Shown: positions 1 to 11,014 of the stretch, in pieces
Layout of the letters: every line of letters starts with the position of its first letter
Position numbering within the stretch: the first letter of the stretch is position 1
Source of the DNA: Microcoleus sp.
GTDB lineage: Bacteria; Cyanobacteriota; Cyanobacteriia; Cyanobacteriales; Microcoleaceae
Assembly: GCA_042408215.1 (NCBI GenBank)
Contig: JAYFMW010000005.1
Coordinates: 384,001 to 448,000 of the forward strand
Length of the DNA stretch: 64,000 nt
Reading direction: 5' to 3'
Notes under the pieces: model-generated
The model's database searches: none
Told to the model about the DNA's origin: nothing
The model's input: the letters and a program-made list of their open reading frames with translations, nothing else
Translations under genes and position numbers: made by a program

Positions 1-704
1 TTGTCTTCTTCAATCAGTTTATTGGTGTTAATACACAACAAAGCATCGTGAGCTTCGACGTCGTTGCAAGAAATATAGTGAGAATCATTAGTAGCGACTA
101 TTTTAATGTTGAGTTCGCGAGCGATTTTCACAATTTCAACATTCACAATCCGGTCTTCTTGGGAACCGTGGTCTTGAATTTCTAAATAGTAATCTTCCCC
201 AAATACTTCTTGATACCATTGGGCGACTTCGCGGGCGACATCTAGCTTGTTTTGCAGAATCATTTGGGGAACTTCGCCGCCCAAACAAGCGCTGGTAACA
301 ATTAAGCCTTCGGAGTATTGTTTTAGGAGTTCTTTATTGATGCAAGGGCGGGCAAAAATACCTCTTTCGGGCATTCCCTTTAAATGGGAAATTGTGGTAA
401 GCTTTACTAAGTTTTTATAACCTTGGGTATTTTTAGCTAAAACAACTTGATGGTATTTTCTTCTACCTCGAACTTTTACTTCAATGTCGCCGTTGACGAC
501 GTACATTTCGTTGCCAATAATCGGCTTAATATTTTTATTTCGACAAACTTTGATGAGTTCGATCGCCCCATACATCACCCCGTGGTCCGTAAGGGCGATC
601 GCGGGCATCCCCAATTCTACCGCCCGTTCAGCTAGCTGCTGTAGCTGAGACGCCCCGTCTAGCAGGCTATAATCGCTGTGAATGTGCAAACCAACGAAGG
701 ACAT
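1..704 (-). CDS. dnaE: DNA polymerase III alpha subunit, N-terminal (PHP) part; runs off the window edge
   Basis: Manual translation from ATG at 704: [17 protein letters not shown]...[12 protein letters not shown]...; not in the ORF track because it is truncated by the window. Confidence 0.95.
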   Translation of the reverse strand, partial: MSFVGLHIHSDYSLLDGASQLQQLAERAVELGMPAIALTDHGVMYGAIELIKVCRNKNIKPIIGNEMYVVNGDIEVKVRGRRKYHQVVLAKNTQGYKNLVKLTTISHLKGMPERGIFARPCINKELLKQYSEGLIVTSACLGGEVPQMILQNKLDVAREVAQWYQEVFGEDYYLEIQDHGSQEDRIVNVEIVKIARELNIKIVATNDSHYISCNDVEAHDALLCINTNKLIEED

Positions 705-893
705 AGGGATTTTAGATTTTACATTTTAGATTTTAGATTGTACACCATCCGCGTAGATAAAGATAAATTGATTTGAGATGTGATATTTTATACTAAATAT
801 GAGTGAGTTACCCCCTTTTTAATGAACCGCTTTCGTCGCAGAGGGCGCAGAGAAAAGAGTAATTAGATGTGAGATTGTACATCGTTGATTTAC

Positions 894-1313
894 TTACAAA
901 CTTGCTTGTTGCAAATAACGCTCCAAGTCTTTAATGCGTTCTTGTGTCACTCTGGCTCTGCAATAACCGTAGGTAGAAGCAGCCAAAGTACCGCCTTCAA
1001 ACTGCCCCTTTTCATAATCGCAAGATTCATCTCTAAACTTGAGCCAAGTACGCTGTGCCACCATCAATCTCTGCTTTTGTTTGCTGTTGAGTTTTGGCTG
1101 AAGTTGCTGATATACTTGATTGAGTTTTCTGTCTGCTGTCTGAAACTCTTGACTAGAACACAGATTCATGTCCAGTGTCGTTTGAGGACTTTTACAGTTA
1201 ACTTGTTGGGCGAGTTGTAAGGGAGTGTTGCTAGCTTTGCTGGGGAGTAAAAAACCGGCGGTCAACAACAGTGAACTCGCCGCCAATGTTGCCCAAATAG
1301 TGATATTTTTCAA
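894..1313 (-). CDS. Secreted lysozyme inhibitor LprI (DUF1311) family protein
   Basis: Signal peptide followed by C-x4-T-x3-M-x2-C...AD-x2-LN-x-VY...AQR-x-W-x2-FRD-x2-C; TTG start at 1313 behind AGGGG preferred over the ORF-track start 1406. Confidence 0.8.
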   Translation of the reverse strand: MKNITIWATLAASSLLLTAGFLLPSKASNTPLQLAQQVNCKSPQTTLDMNLCSSQEFQTADRKLNQVYQQLQPKLNSKQKQRLMVAQRTWLKFRDESCDYEKGQFEGGTLAASTYGYCRARVTQERIKDLERYLQQASL

Positions 1314-1329
1314 AATATTTACCCCTTGT

Positions 1330-1644
1330 TTAATTTTTAATGTTTTCGACGGGTTGAGCCGATCGCCAAATCCACCAAGCCGCCGCCCATAGAGTAAAAT
1401 TGCCAATGAGAGTCATAGCCGCTTGCAGGGTAACAATCCATTCGAGGGCTGGAGAGTTATCAAAATAGTGCCACGTACAGGCACACATAGCGCTGACTAG
1501 AGCGGGCAACATCCCGAAGGAAAGGGCCCACCAAGCCCGATTTTGGGTAACATCACCGTAAGTCCAAATTAGCCAGATGGCGGCAATCCACTCGACGACG
1601 CTAGAGATGTGAATAATCCAGGTGGGAATTGACAAAGCGTGCAT
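1330..1644 (-). CDS. DUF2499 / Ycf49-like membrane protein
   Basis: MHALSIPTWIIHISSVVEWIAAI signature, three hydrophobic segments. Confidence 0.85.
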   Translation of the reverse strand: MHALSIPTWIIHISSVVEWIAAIWLIWTYGDVTQNRAWWALSFGMLPALVSAMCACTWHYFDNSPALEWIVTLQAAMTLIGNFTLWAAAWWIWRSAQPVENIKN

Positions 1645-1712
1645 TTTTTGTATTCTGAAATAAGATGGAACAAGGAAGATCAAAGATCTATTTAGTTGTT
1701 TAAGGCTGTTGA

Positions 1713-1781
1713 ATGTTAACTGTTGACTGTTGACTGTTGAATGTTGACTGTTGACTGTTAACTGTTGACTATTGACGGTTA
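1713..1781. repeat. Heptamer tandem repeat (TGTTGAC/TGTTAAC)n, STRR-like
   Basis: Directly visible, about 9 imperfect units. Confidence 0.85.
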
Positions 1782-1856
1782 AAAGAATTTATGGATTGCA
1801 ACAATTAGATATGGTAATAGTTAGATTCCCCATCGTCAACAAATAAAAGAGTAAAA

Positions 1857-2900
1857 ATGCGAGCAATTTTGTGCGGCTATTACGGTAAAGGCAACGGCGG
1901 CGACGAGGCGCTGCTGGCCTCGCTATTACAGATGTTACCAGATGATGTGACACCGATCGTCCTTTCTGGCAATCCTGTCGAGACAAATCGCAGGTACGGA
2001 GTGCAAGCGCGCGATCGCATGAATGCGTTTCAAGTCCTCGAAGCACTCCGCACCTCAGATGCGCTGATTTGGGGAGGCGGCAGTTTAATCCAAGACGCTA
2101 CTAGCACGATCAGCCCATTTTATTATGGCGGTTTGATGGGATTAGCGCAACAGATGGGCTTAAAAACTATTGCTTGGGCCCAGGGAATTGGGCCTTTGAA
2201 TCGAGAAATTACCCGTAAGTTATCTCAGCGGTGTTTTGCTGGATGTACTGCCGTTAGCGTGCGCGATAAAGGCTCAGCTACTTTACTTGCAGATTGGCAA
2301 ATTCCCTTTACTTTAGCGCCCGATCCCGTGTGGGCTTTGGAAAACTCACCCGTGTCTGGTTTGTGGGATTTACCAGCGCCGAGAGTTGCGGTTTGTTTGC
2401 GTAACCATCCTACACTAACTCCCGCCCGTTTGTCAACCCTAACTCGCGCTTTAATTGACTTTCAAAAAGCCACTCGCACCTTGATTTTACTGCTACCTTT
2501 TCAAGCTTCTCAAGACTTAGAAATCGCGAAATATCTGCGGGAAGCGATGCCGACAACCAGCCGGATTCTCAGTTTAGAAGATCCGAGGAAATTGAAAGGA
2601 GTATTCCGGGGAGTAGAAATGGCGATCGGGATGCGTTACCATAGTTTAATTATGGCAGCCTCGGAAGAATGCCGCTGTTTTGCCCTCAGCTACGACCCCA
2701 AAGTCAGTCAGTTGATGGACGAGTTAGAAATGCCGGGATACTTATTATCAGAATTGCCAGAAGATCCTTATTTAATCAGCAAAACCTGGATCGAACACTA
2801 TGCCAATGGCGACGCATTATCGCCAGAAAGGATCAAATTTATAGTAGGGCGATCGCTGTTTCATCAAGAAGTATTGAGAACCGCCCTCCCACAATCCTAG
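1857..2900 (+). CDS. csaB: Polysaccharide pyruvyl transferase CsaB
   Basis: GYYGKGNGGDEA, GGGSLIQD, AQGIGP, SVRD, GMRYHSLI, YDPKV motifs. Confidence 0.92.
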   Translation: MRAILCGYYGKGNGGDEALLASLLQMLPDDVTPIVLSGNPVETNRRYGVQARDRMNAFQVLEALRTSDALIWGGGSLIQDATSTISPFYYGGLMGLAQQMGLKTIAWAQGIGPLNREITRKLSQRCFAGCTAVSVRDKGSATLLADWQIPFTLAPDPVWALENSPVSGLWDLPAPRVAVCLRNHPTLTPARLSTLTRALIDFQKATRTLILLLPFQASQDLEIAKYLREAMPTTSRILSLEDPRKLKGVFRGVEMAIGMRYHSLIMAASEECRCFALSYDPKVSQLMDELEMPGYLLSELPEDPYLISKTWIEHYANGDALSPERIKFIVGRSLFHQEVLRTALPQS

Positions 2901-2916
2901 TAAGAGGTAAAATACC

Positions 2917-3627
2917 ATGACAGTCAGTACAGCAGACTTAAAAATTACCTGGGAAAAATTGCCAGAGGATTTCATTTTAGACGAGGAACCTGTGGAAAAT
3001 ATCGACCAGCCCTTGCTAGCTGCGGCCTTGCGAGAAATATTAGAAATTGCTGGGCTAATTGTAGAAGGAATATTAATTGTCTCAAATATGGGGATTTGTG
3101 CGACAGTAGACAACAAGCTAGTTATCAAAGCCCCAGATTGGTTTTATGCCCGCAACGTACAGCCGCTTTCTAGTCAAGAAATCCGCCGCAGTTACACTCC
3201 CAACTTAGAAGGGGAAATTCCAGATATAGTCATGGAATTTTTGTCGGCGACGGCCAATGATGAATATTCCAACAAAAAAACTTATCCACCAGGGAAATGG
3301 TTTTTTTACGAACAAGTATTGCGAGTTCCAATCTATGCACTTTTTGAGCCGGTCACCGGAGTGCTAGAAATGTACCAGTTGGATTCATTAGGAAATTATG
3401 AAGTACAACAACCCGATTTAAACGGTCGTTATTGGATTCCAGGAGTAGGGTTATTTCTGGGCGTTTGGGAGGGAACAAAAGCTGAAAGAACCGGAGCTTG
3501 GTTGCGGTGGTGGGATGAAAGCGGAGAGATGTTATTGTGGGGAGCAGAAATGGTAGAAAGAGAAAGGCAAAGATCCGATCGACTAGCTGCACAATTAAGA
3601 GCAGCAGGCATTGAACCAGAAGCTTGA
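2917..3627 (+). CDS. Uma2 family (DUF820) putative endonuclease
   Basis: APDWFY, PDIVMEFLS, K-x2-FYEQ-x-LRVP-x-Y, WLRWWD-x2-G and C-terminal LRAAGIEP typical of cyanobacterial Uma2. Confidence 0.9.
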   Translation: MTVSTADLKITWEKLPEDFILDEEPVENIDQPLLAAALREILEIAGLIVEGILIVSNMGICATVDNKLVIKAPDWFYARNVQPLSSQEIRRSYTPNLEGEIPDIVMEFLSATANDEYSNKKTYPPGKWFFYEQVLRVPIYALFEPVTGVLEMYQLDSLGNYEVQQPDLNGRYWIPGVGLFLGVWEGTKAERTGAWLRWWDESGEMLLWGAEMVERERQRSDRLAAQLRAAGIEPEA

Positions 3628-3802
3628 TATAATAATTAGAAATGAAAAACCGTAACACTGCTATTTTTCATTTCTAATTGGGCGATCGCTAATTCGCGAA
3701 CAAGAATTAAACAACATCGCAAAAATCAGTATTCATCTGCGTTAATCTGCTGTTAATCTGCCTTCATCAGCGGTTAAAAATCACATTCAGGAGACATCAA
3801 AA

Positions 3803-4435
3803 TTGGCAAGAGTTAGAGTTAGGGAACACGTCAATCCACTATCCATGAGATATCAAGCATCCGCAAGTCCCCCGGATTGGACAAAAATCTATGCTGACTT
3901 AAATTTGCCGCTGCATTTAGATATCGGCTGCGGCAGAGGACGGTTTTTATGGCACATGGCGCAAATCCAAACAGACTGGAATTTTCTCGGATTAGAAATT
4001 CGGGAACCTTTAGTAGAAGAGGCGAATGTTTGGCGGGATGAAAAAGGCTTGACAAATCTGCACTATTTGTTTTGTAATGCTAATAGTTCCCTGAAGCCAA
4101 TTTTAGAAACTTTTCCCGCAGGTATTTTGCAGCGGGTTAGCATTCAGTTTCCCGATCCCTGGTTCAAAAACAAACACCATAAACGGCGGGTAGTCCAACC
4201 GGAATTAGTCAATGATTTGGCAACTTATCTGGCAATTGGTGGCGAAGTTTTTATTCAATCTGATATTGAAGAAGTAGAAAGGGAAATGTGCGATCGCTTT
4301 TCATCTCACCCCACTTTTCAACGCCAAAACGGTGATAACTGGCTAGCAGAAAATCCCCTACCTGTGGCGACTGAAAGAGAAATTGGTAGACTAAAACGCG
4401 GCGAACCAGTCTATCGAGCACTGTATCAAAAATAA
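3803..4435 (+). CDS. trmB: tRNA (guanine-N7)-methyltransferase
   Basis: [27 protein letters not shown]-x-KHHKRR, TERE motifs. Confidence 0.96.
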   Translation: MARVRVREHVNPLSMRYQASASPPDWTKIYADLNLPLHLDIGCGRGRFLWHMAQIQTDWNFLGLEIREPLVEEANVWRDEKGLTNLHYLFCNANSSLKPILETFPAGILQRVSIQFPDPWFKNKHHKRRVVQPELVNDLATYLAIGGEVFIQSDIEEVEREMCDRFSSHPTFQRQNGDNWLAENPLPVATEREIGRLKRGEPVYRALYQK

Positions 4436-4454
4436 TCCTCGCTGATCTCACAGC

Positions 4455-4562
4455 TATAGCCTTTCTCAGAAAGATGAGGTACGACTGGGCATAGGGCATG
4501 GGGCATGGGGCATAGGGCATAGGGTTCCGTGGGCATACCTCACTTTTTTGAGAACCGCTATA
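4455..4562. mobile_element. MITE with TATAGC...GCTATA ends carrying a GGGCAT(A/G) heptamer array
   Basis: Imperfect TIRs tatagcctttctcagaaagatgaggta / tacctcacttttttgagaaccgctata; relatives at 16039 and 48686. Confidence 0.7.
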
Positions 4563-4636
4563 TGTAATCTACTCGCTCTATTTGTCAGGTGCATAAGCAC
4601 CCTACAAATAGAGTCTGTGCGTAAGTCTTATCTAAC

Positions 4637-6151
4637 TTAAACCCAAGAAGGAAGCCACATCCTAATTTTCCATTCAATTGGCGACAAAGGCAGCCCCAAA
4701 TACACAGGCATCCAAAAAATAAAAGCACCCACAACCAGAAAAATAATCGTCACTCCCATCCCTCGGAGGCGAGTTAGAGGGCTGTGCAGCCACCTGTCAA
4801 CCCACCAAGCAAGTGCTAGGGATGCAAATACAGAACAGCCCATATAATGATACAAAAATATGCAGCGAGTCACCTTTACCCAAGGCAGCAAATTAGCGGT
4901 CCAGTTAACTATTAAATAGAGTGTCAGCCACATTTCAACAGTCGGGGGAAACAAAAGCGGCTGCTGCTGTTCTATTAGTGCCACAGAAGCCTCGCTGCGC
5001 GTTCTCACCCACACCCAAACCCGGTGAACTAAAATTGCCACTACTAACATTAAAGCTAAGGTGGACAGCCACCAGAGAGCCGGATTTCCCATCGCGTGAA
5101 CGTCAAAAATTACCTGAGTTGTACCTTCGGGTAAAGGCGGCAAAACCGGATCGGGTTGTGCATTGTTGGTAGCAGTTTTGTAGAAGTAAACTATCGGGCG
5201 CAGCATCACAGGCCAACTGTACCACGCGGAACAGTAAGGATGCACGTCTGGGCCACTTTTAATCCGCTGGTGATAAGTCAAAATTTCCGTTTGCATCTGC
5301 CAGAAATTGGGAGTTGGATTGAGTAGCAGGTGAGGAATCCAAGATATGCTGTAAACTAAAATAGGAATAATAGCTAAACTTAGCCCTACTTCTAAAAAGT
5401 TGAGTTTAGTCAATTTTTGCACCGGACTTTCGCCGGGAATCAGAGCCGAATTTCCCTCGCGGCTGGGTTCTTCCTCTCCTTTATTTCCCTGAATAAAACG
5501 CACCGCCCAAGCGCATATTAAAATTAGATAAGTGCCGAATAGAAACCATAAACCGTTCCATTTGATAGCAGCAGAGCCGCCGAAACCAACACCCGCTAGT
5601 ATTAACGAAAGCCAGCGCTTTTTGCCTTCAGATTCGACGGATTTCAGAATAAATAACTGACCCAAAATTCCAAATAATACCAGATAAATATTATTCAGTG
5701 CGTAGCGAGATTCAACTAAAAATAAACCGTCGCAGGCGGCAAACAAGGCAGCAATAAAAGCATAACTACGGCGTTTAACTAGCTGATAGGCTAGGGCTCC
5801 GACAACTAGGGGAATAAAGGAGCCTGTGAGAGCATTGATCCAGCGATAATCCCAAGGGGAAAGCAGGGAACCGGTCATACTGTTGACGGCGGTTTTTCCG
5901 AAGGGAAGGTGAGAACCTATCCAGATGCCGATCGCAATTATGTATTGACTCAGAGGCGGGTGAGCGTTGAAAAAAGGAGTTTTGGTGAGATAATCGTTGG
6001 CAAATTTAGCGTAGTAAACCTCGTCAAATACTAAAGTGTTAAATCGCTCTAGTTCCCAAAATCGGAGAGTTAAGGAGATGAGGAAAACGCCGAGCATTCC
6101 CAGGGAAAAAACCCAAGTTGATTTGTTGAAGAGTTTTTTGTTGAGTTTCAT
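4637..6151 (-). CDS. Phospholipid carrier-dependent glycosyltransferase (PMT/dolichyl-P-mannose-protein mannosyltransferase-like)
   Basis: FDEVYY, HPPL, SRYAL-x-N, KWNG, HPY-x-S-x-W-x-SWP, FLYHY motifs; many TM helices. Confidence 0.9.
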   Translation of the reverse strand: MKLNKKLFNKSTWVFSLGMLGVFLISLTLRFWELERFNTLVFDEVYYAKFANDYLTKTPFFNAHPPLSQYIIAIGIWIGSHLPFGKTAVNSMTGSLLSPWDYRWINALTGSFIPLVVGALAYQLVKRRSYAFIAALFAACDGLFLVESRYALNNIYLVLFGILGQLFILKSVESEGKKRWLSLILAGVGFGGSAAIKWNGLWFLFGTYLILICAWAVRFIQGNKGEEEPSREGNSALIPGESPVQKLTKLNFLEVGLSLAIIPILVYSISWIPHLLLNPTPNFWQMQTEILTYHQRIKSGPDVHPYCSAWYSWPVMLRPIVYFYKTATNNAQPDPVLPPLPEGTTQVIFDVHAMGNPALWWLSTLALMLVVAILVHRVWVWVRTRSEASVALIEQQQPLLFPPTVEMWLTLYLIVNWTANLLPWVKVTRCIFLYHYMGCSVFASLALAWWVDRWLHSPLTRLRGMGVTIIFLVVGAFIFWMPVYLGLPLSPIEWKIRMWLPSWV

Positions 6152-6468
6152 AAAACAGCAGAAAATAGTAGATGCTAGATTTGAGGGCGCTAACTTAAAA
6201 ATACTGAGTTGAGTTGCTGTACGGTGCTATTGCCATTCTATCCATTGTCTCACAATATCTTCTAGTTCCCCAGTCAACGAATCAGTTGCATAAAGAGCAG
6301 AGTAGAAGATGATCTACTTCTTCCTTCTTCTTCCTTCTTCCTTCGTGTCCTTCGCGTCTTCGCGGTTCAATAATACTAATTCTTCGGGTCCGAAAGGATA
6401 AATTATACCAAAAAAAAGCAGCTCTGCTTGCCGCAGAACCGCCCTAACAGAGGATCAAAAACTCAAAC

Positions 6469-7545
6469 TTAATGCACAGCACCTTCTGTAGAAGGCGCAT
6501 CGATTGTCTTCAGGAAGTAAAGCTTCAATAATTGCCAGCCGTTGGACAAATACAGAGGCAATTTTTGGAACAATTGCAAGAATTTCGGAGTATTAGAAGC
6601 TACAATTGCTGTCAATTGCTGATTATTCTTGAGACAAACATCCAGCCGTTCATAAAACTCTGGATTGTTCACATCTAGCATGACTGGGAATACTCGACCG
6701 GCGGTTTCGTTGGTCTTTTTGATGACTTCGATGTCGTACTCGCGAGCATCTAGGCCGAGCGATCGATAAAAACCGCCTCTCTGGATATCATTGAGATACA
6801 TTGTGGCGAATACCGACAGCAAGAAGAAACGACACCAAAGTTTCGCCTTCCAATCGTTCAACATCTGAGGCTGAGCTTTCATCACCGCATCGAAGAAATC
6901 TCCGTGGCGGTTTTCATCCTGACACCAATTTTCAAAGAATCGGAAAATCGGATAAATCCGGTCTTCAGGATGCGCTTCCAAGTGGCGGTAAATCGTGATG
7001 TAGCGCCAATAACCGATCTTTTCAGACAAGTAAGTAGCGTAGAAAATGAATTTCGGTTTAAAGAAAGTGTAGCTGCGGCTCTTGGTCAGGAAACCCAAAT
7101 CCAGGGACAAATTAAAGTCCGAGAGAGCTTTGTTCAGGAATCCGGCGTGCCGCGCTTCATCCCGCGACATCAGCAAGAAACCCTCCGCCAGCACTGGATT
7201 TTTGTCCTTGAGCCTGCGTCCCAACTCTTTGTAGAGCAAGAAACCTGAAAACTCAGCGGTGCAGGAACGTTCTAGAAACTCAATGAACAACTGGCGCTTC
7301 TCGCCGTCAATGTGATCCCAAGATTGAGCGAACTCCTCATCTCGCACGAAGTGGTTTTTGTTGTAGTCAACGCGGAACTCTTGCATAATTGCTTCTAGTT
7401 CGGCTTCATTGAGCGAGATGTCCATTTTTGCCATCTCGTCAAAGTCTGTCGTGTAAAATCTCGGCGTGAGGATAGTTTCTTTGGCTGGGGTTTTCACTCC
7501 AGGCCGCATTTCTTCAAAGGCGGGTTTTTTGAGGGAATCTACCAT
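6469..7545 (-). CDS. acsF: Mg-protoporphyrin IX monomethyl ester oxidative cyclase
   Basis: [39 protein letters not shown] di-iron motifs. Confidence 0.97.
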   Translation of the reverse strand: MVDSLKKPAFEEMRPGVKTPAKETILTPRFYTTDFDEMAKMDISLNEAELEAIMQEFRVDYNKNHFVRDEEFAQSWDHIDGEKRQLFIEFLERSCTAEFSGFLLYKELGRRLKDKNPVLAEGFLLMSRDEARHAGFLNKALSDFNLSLDLGFLTKSRSYTFFKPKFIFYATYLSEKIGYWRYITIYRHLEAHPEDRIYPIFRFFENWCQDENRHGDFFDAVMKAQPQMLNDWKAKLWCRFFLLSVFATMYLNDIQRGGFYRSLGLDAREYDIEVIKKTNETAGRVFPVMLDVNNPEFYERLDVCLKNNQQLTAIVASNTPKFLQLFQKLPLYLSNGWQLLKLYFLKTIDAPSTEGAVH

Positions 7546-7816
7546 AGGTTTATTGGATTTCGGTTATAACTACTCGCTGGTTTTGGTTGGCCTGGTACTG
7601 CGATCGCCAGTGACGCGCTCTTGTATTTCCACTCAGCGATCGCCAAGATCGCAGTTTGGCTCTGTGTGGTATTCAGGTCAATGCTGCTGTACTTTTTACG
7701 CTCTCTAGTTTACCAACCTCTCGACCCTGGAAATATGTTGCTGGCGTTAAGAATTGCTACGCAGACTCTTTGACAACATATCTTGCACTGGCCGAAAGCC
7801 GAAGGTAGAAGGCTCA

Positions 7817-8196
7817 TTGACACTCTCCGGGTTAAAACCACGGAGATTCTTAAGACCACAATTTTAGTCTTAAAGGCGCTGACAAATCGCCTCTACACGC
7901 TCAAAACAACTACTAATACCAGAAGTATTGCAATTGCGCTTACTTTGATCTTTTTATGCTTTCAGAGTCCATCACGCCCGCCAGTTAGGTACGCTCAACA
8001 ATTCACTGTTGCTTGTTTAACCAGACTACGATCGAGTCGAGGCGAAGCTCAATCAGGAGTTGCACCTTTTGAGATTGTTTCAACACGTAGATGGTTGTTC
8101 TTACTCGCCTTTTAAAAGGTAACAACTATTATAACACAAAGCCGTCCTAGAAGGACGGGGCTTGGGCCCTGCGAAGCGCAGGGCCCATTTTTTTTG
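7817..8196 (-). mobile_element. Non-autonomous IS200/IS605-type mini element (PATE-like), no convincing ORF; putative promoter plus RNA scaffold
   Basis: Minus strand: left end caaaaaaaatggg...caagccccgtccttctaggacggcttt, TGTTATAAT directly after it, right end aagaatctccgtggttttaacccggagagtgTCAA; left boundary uncertain by 1 nt. Confidence 0.75.
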
Positions 8197-8376
8197 GTGA
8201 GAAGACACCGATCGCCCAAAATCCAGCCTTTTGTTAATTTAGAGGATATAGCATAAATCAATTTAATTGTCAAGCCGATCTTCGATCGCATACTGAAAAC
8301 AAACCTGGAGAAAGCATTGCCGACAAAATCGGCTAGAATGTTTGTTTGTCTATATCAGCAGCAAGTATTTACAGTC

Positions 8377-8550
8377 ATGGCAGTCCCTAAGAAGAAAACC
8401 TCAAAATCCAAGAAGAATATGCGTAAGGCAACCTGGAAGCGCAAAGCTGTGGTGGCAGCTCAGAAAGCTTTGTCCCTGGGCAAATCCGTTCTGACTGGGC
8501 GTTCCAACAGCTTTGTGTATCCCGGTAATGAAGAAGAAGAGGAAGAGTAA
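8377..8550 (+). CDS. rpmF: 50S ribosomal protein L32
   Basis: [27 protein letters not shown] at 8377. Confidence 0.97.
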   Translation: MAVPKKKTSKSKKNMRKATWKRKAVVAAQKALSLGKSVLTGRSNSFVYPGNEEEEEE

Positions 8551-8588
8551 AACAGGAAGACGGGGCATCGGGTTGGCCCAATGCCCCA

Positions 8589-9758
8589 TCAGTCAATCAC
8601 CTCTTCGATCGCATACGCTTCGGGCAAAATCAGCATGGCATCGCCAAAGGAATAAAAGCGGTACTGCTGGGCGATCGCCTCTTGATACAAATCCAGCACC
8701 CGCGATCGACCAATCATCGCACTGATCATCATCAGCAAAGTAGAGCGGGGTAAGTGAAAATTGGTAATCATCCCATCTACCACCCGCCACTTGTATCCCG
8801 GATAAATAAACAAATTTGTCTGGCCGGAAAAAGGTTGCAAGGGAAAATCACCAATTGGCGTTCCTGTGGCCGCCGCAGCCCCCTCTAAAGCTCGCACCGC
8901 TGTGGTACCCACAGCAATAATCCGCCCGCCTCTGGCTTGAGTTTCGCGGATTTTTTCGACGGTGGCGGGGGATACTTCCACCCATTCTCCATGCATTTGG
9001 TGAGTCGTCACGTCTGCCACCTCCACGGGGCGAAAAGTTCCTACCCCGACGTGGAGGGTGACAAAAGTTGTTTCGATTCCCCGCTGCTGCAAGCGGCTGA
9101 ACAAGTCTTGGGTGAAGTGTAGGCCAGCAGTGGGGGCTGCGATCGCCCCTAGTCGATCGGCATAAACAGTCTGGTACTGTTCCGGCGCAGCTTGGGAATT
9201 GTCAATGTAGGGCGGTAGGGGTACGTGGCCGTATTCGTCCAAAAACGGCACTAGAGACATCTCTGTCGGCAGATCAAACTCCAACAGCCGCCCTCCTGTG
9301 GCGTCATCCCTGGCTACAACTGTCGCAGTCAAGTGTTCGGTTAGTGTGGCTACGGCCCCTTGTGGAATGCAACAACAAGGGCCTGCTGCTTCCTCGTCGC
9401 AATGTGGGGCGATCGGATCGAACTCAATTTTTGCTCCCAACTTCAAGCGTTTTCCAGGCTTAACCAAAGCCAGCCAGCAGTTGTGCTCTCGTTCTTCCAT
9501 TAACAATATCTCCACAGCCGGCCCGTTGGGTTTGTGCCCGTAAAGCCTAGCTGGGAGCACGCGGGTATTGTTCAGTACCAGCAAGTCACCTGGATTCAGC
9601 AAATCTGGTAAATCCCGGAAAATCCGGTGTTGCTGGCTGCTGGGAGAATCTACCGCCAGCAAGCGAGAACTGTCCCTCGGCACTACGGGATTTTGGGCAA
9701 TGTGCGAGGGCGGAAGTTCGTAGTCATAACCGTCCAAAGACCAGTCTATCTCTGTCAT
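8589..9758 (-). CDS. queA: S-adenosylmethionine:tRNA ribosyltransferase-isomerase
   Basis: YDYELP-x3-[47 protein letters not shown]; start placed at MTEIDW. Confidence 0.96.
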   Translation of the reverse strand: MTEIDWSLDGYDYELPPSHIAQNPVVPRDSSRLLAVDSPSSQQHRIFRDLPDLLNPGDLLVLNNTRVLPARLYGHKPNGPAVEILLMEEREHNCWLALVKPGKRLKLGAKIEFDPIAPHCDEEAAGPCCCIPQGAVATLTEHLTATVVARDDATGGRLLEFDLPTEMSLVPFLDEYGHVPLPPYIDNSQAAPEQYQTVYADRLGAIAAPTAGLHFTQDLFSRLQQRGIETTFVTLHVGVGTFRPVEVADVTTHQMHGEWVEVSPATVEKIRETQARGGRIIAVGTTAVRALEGAAAATGTPIGDFPLQPFSGQTNLFIYPGYKWRVVDGMITNFHLPRSTLLMMISAMIGRSRVLDLYQEAIAQQYRFYSFGDAMLILPEAYAIEEVID

Positions 9759-9904
9759 CAAGTGAATTCCTATCAAAAAATCTGTCAACTGGGTAACAAA
9801 TTGGGTAAAAACCCCCATCCAAAGTCGGGTGATTTTCCCCTTGTGGCGGCGGGTATGGCCAGGGAGGATAGAGATGTAGGATCAGCTTTGCTCGAAGGAA
9901 CGTT

Positions 9905-10294
9905 ATGGAATACCTCTACTACATCGCCAATACTAGCCTTACTTTGAGAGTCGTGGATTACCTACGCACGGCTCATCATCTTCCCTTGCAATTTATCACT
10001 GTTATTCACCAAATTGACGGCTGGGTGGTGAAGGTGAAAATGAGCCAATATTTAACTCCAGAAATGCACGGGGATTTTCGGGCGTTTATGAATGAACTCG
10101 GGATTCCTTACGATCCTGAAATTCGGTTGCAAATGGCACTTTGGAGTTTGGAAACGGGACAGTCGCCCCTGAGCGTGATGCGCCGTTACCAGGTTGCCGT
10201 GGTTTGTCACGGAAGTCCTGAGCGTAAAGAAATTGAAGCGTTTCGCCAGCAGTTTGTCAAGGGCCTGGGATATTGTCCAGAAACTCTGGCATAA
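9905..10294 (+). CDS. Conserved cyanobacterial hypothetical protein
   Basis: MEYLYYIANTSLTLR...GLGYCPETLA; RBS gaagga upstream. Confidence 0.8.
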   Translation: MEYLYYIANTSLTLRVVDYLRTAHHLPLQFITVIHQIDGWVVKVKMSQYLTPEMHGDFRAFMNELGIPYDPEIRLQMALWSLETGQSPLSVMRRYQVAVVCHGSPERKEIEAFRQQFVKGLGYCPETLA

Positions 10295-10348
10295 GTTTAT
10301 GGCCGGAGAAATTGCCTGTTATGGCGATCGGGGCTTCAGCACTTCCAT

Positions 10349-10402
10349 AATTTCAAATCTCAAATTTAAAATCTCAAATCTCAAATTTAAAATCTCAAAT
10401 CT
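10349..10402. repeat. Heptamer tandem repeat (AATCTCA/AATTTAA)n
   Basis: Directly visible between convergent genes. Confidence 0.8.
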
Positions 10403-10412
10403 GATGAAATTT

Positions 10413-11000
10413 CTAGTTGCTGAAAGCCGATCGAATATATTGTTGCAAGGTGAGCAGGTAGCAGCCTGTAAGTGGGACTTGAGGGGTCACCATAGTTGAT
10501 GGTAATATTTTCTGAGTCTTTTTCCCAGAAGATTCACACCTGACGAGGGCGACATCAAACCGACAGGGATGATTTACTAAATCTGGATAAGCGCTTAAAA
10601 ATATCTCGGCTGTTTGCCAAAGTTTAGCTTGTTTGGCCGCACTAACAGCTAGCATTCCATCTGCATCCCAATTTCCCCGACGGCGAGTTTTGACCTCGAC
10701 AAATGCTAAAGTCGGGAATCGGGAATCGGGAATCGGGAATCGGGAATTTTCCTGAGTTTCCTTGTTTTCGATTTCTTCATCTCTTCCCAGTGCGATGATG
10801 TCAATCTCTCCCCATCGACAGTACCACTGCCGGTGCAGGATTTCCCAGCCTTGCTGCTGTAACCAATCGGCGACTAAGTTTTCACCTAAAGTGCCGATCG
10901 CGCGAGAGTTGGGAGATGGGGGGGGATTGGAGTCAGAATGGGGAGGATGTCGATCGCGCTTTCTGGTAAAATTCAATTCAGAACTGTCACGGCTTCCCAT
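10413..11000 (-). CDS. YraN family (UPF0102) nuclease-fold protein with in-frame heptamer repeat insert
   Basis: G-x2-GE, GEIDII, FVEVKTR, CRFDVA motifs; (TCGGGAA)n at about 10712-10747 encodes [10 protein letters not shown]. Confidence 0.88.
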   Translation of the reverse strand: MGSRDSSELNFTRKRDRHPPHSDSNPPPSPNSRAIGTLGENLVADWLQQQGWEILHRQWYCRWGEIDIIALGRDEEIENKETQENSRFPIPDSRFPTLAFVEVKTRRRGNWDADGMLAVSAAKQAKLWQTAEIFLSAYPDLVNHPCRFDVALVRCESSGKKTQKILPSTMVTPQVPLTGCYLLTLQQYIRSAFSN

Positions 11001-11014
11001 TAGCTTTAATTGGT

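Noticed and set aside
1..704. Split DnaE intein
   Set aside because: Expected in cyanobacteria, but the intein junction would lie outside the window.
7783..8115. 110-aa ORF
   Set aside because: Spans the boundary of the non-coding mini element on its antisense strand and has no recognisable motif.
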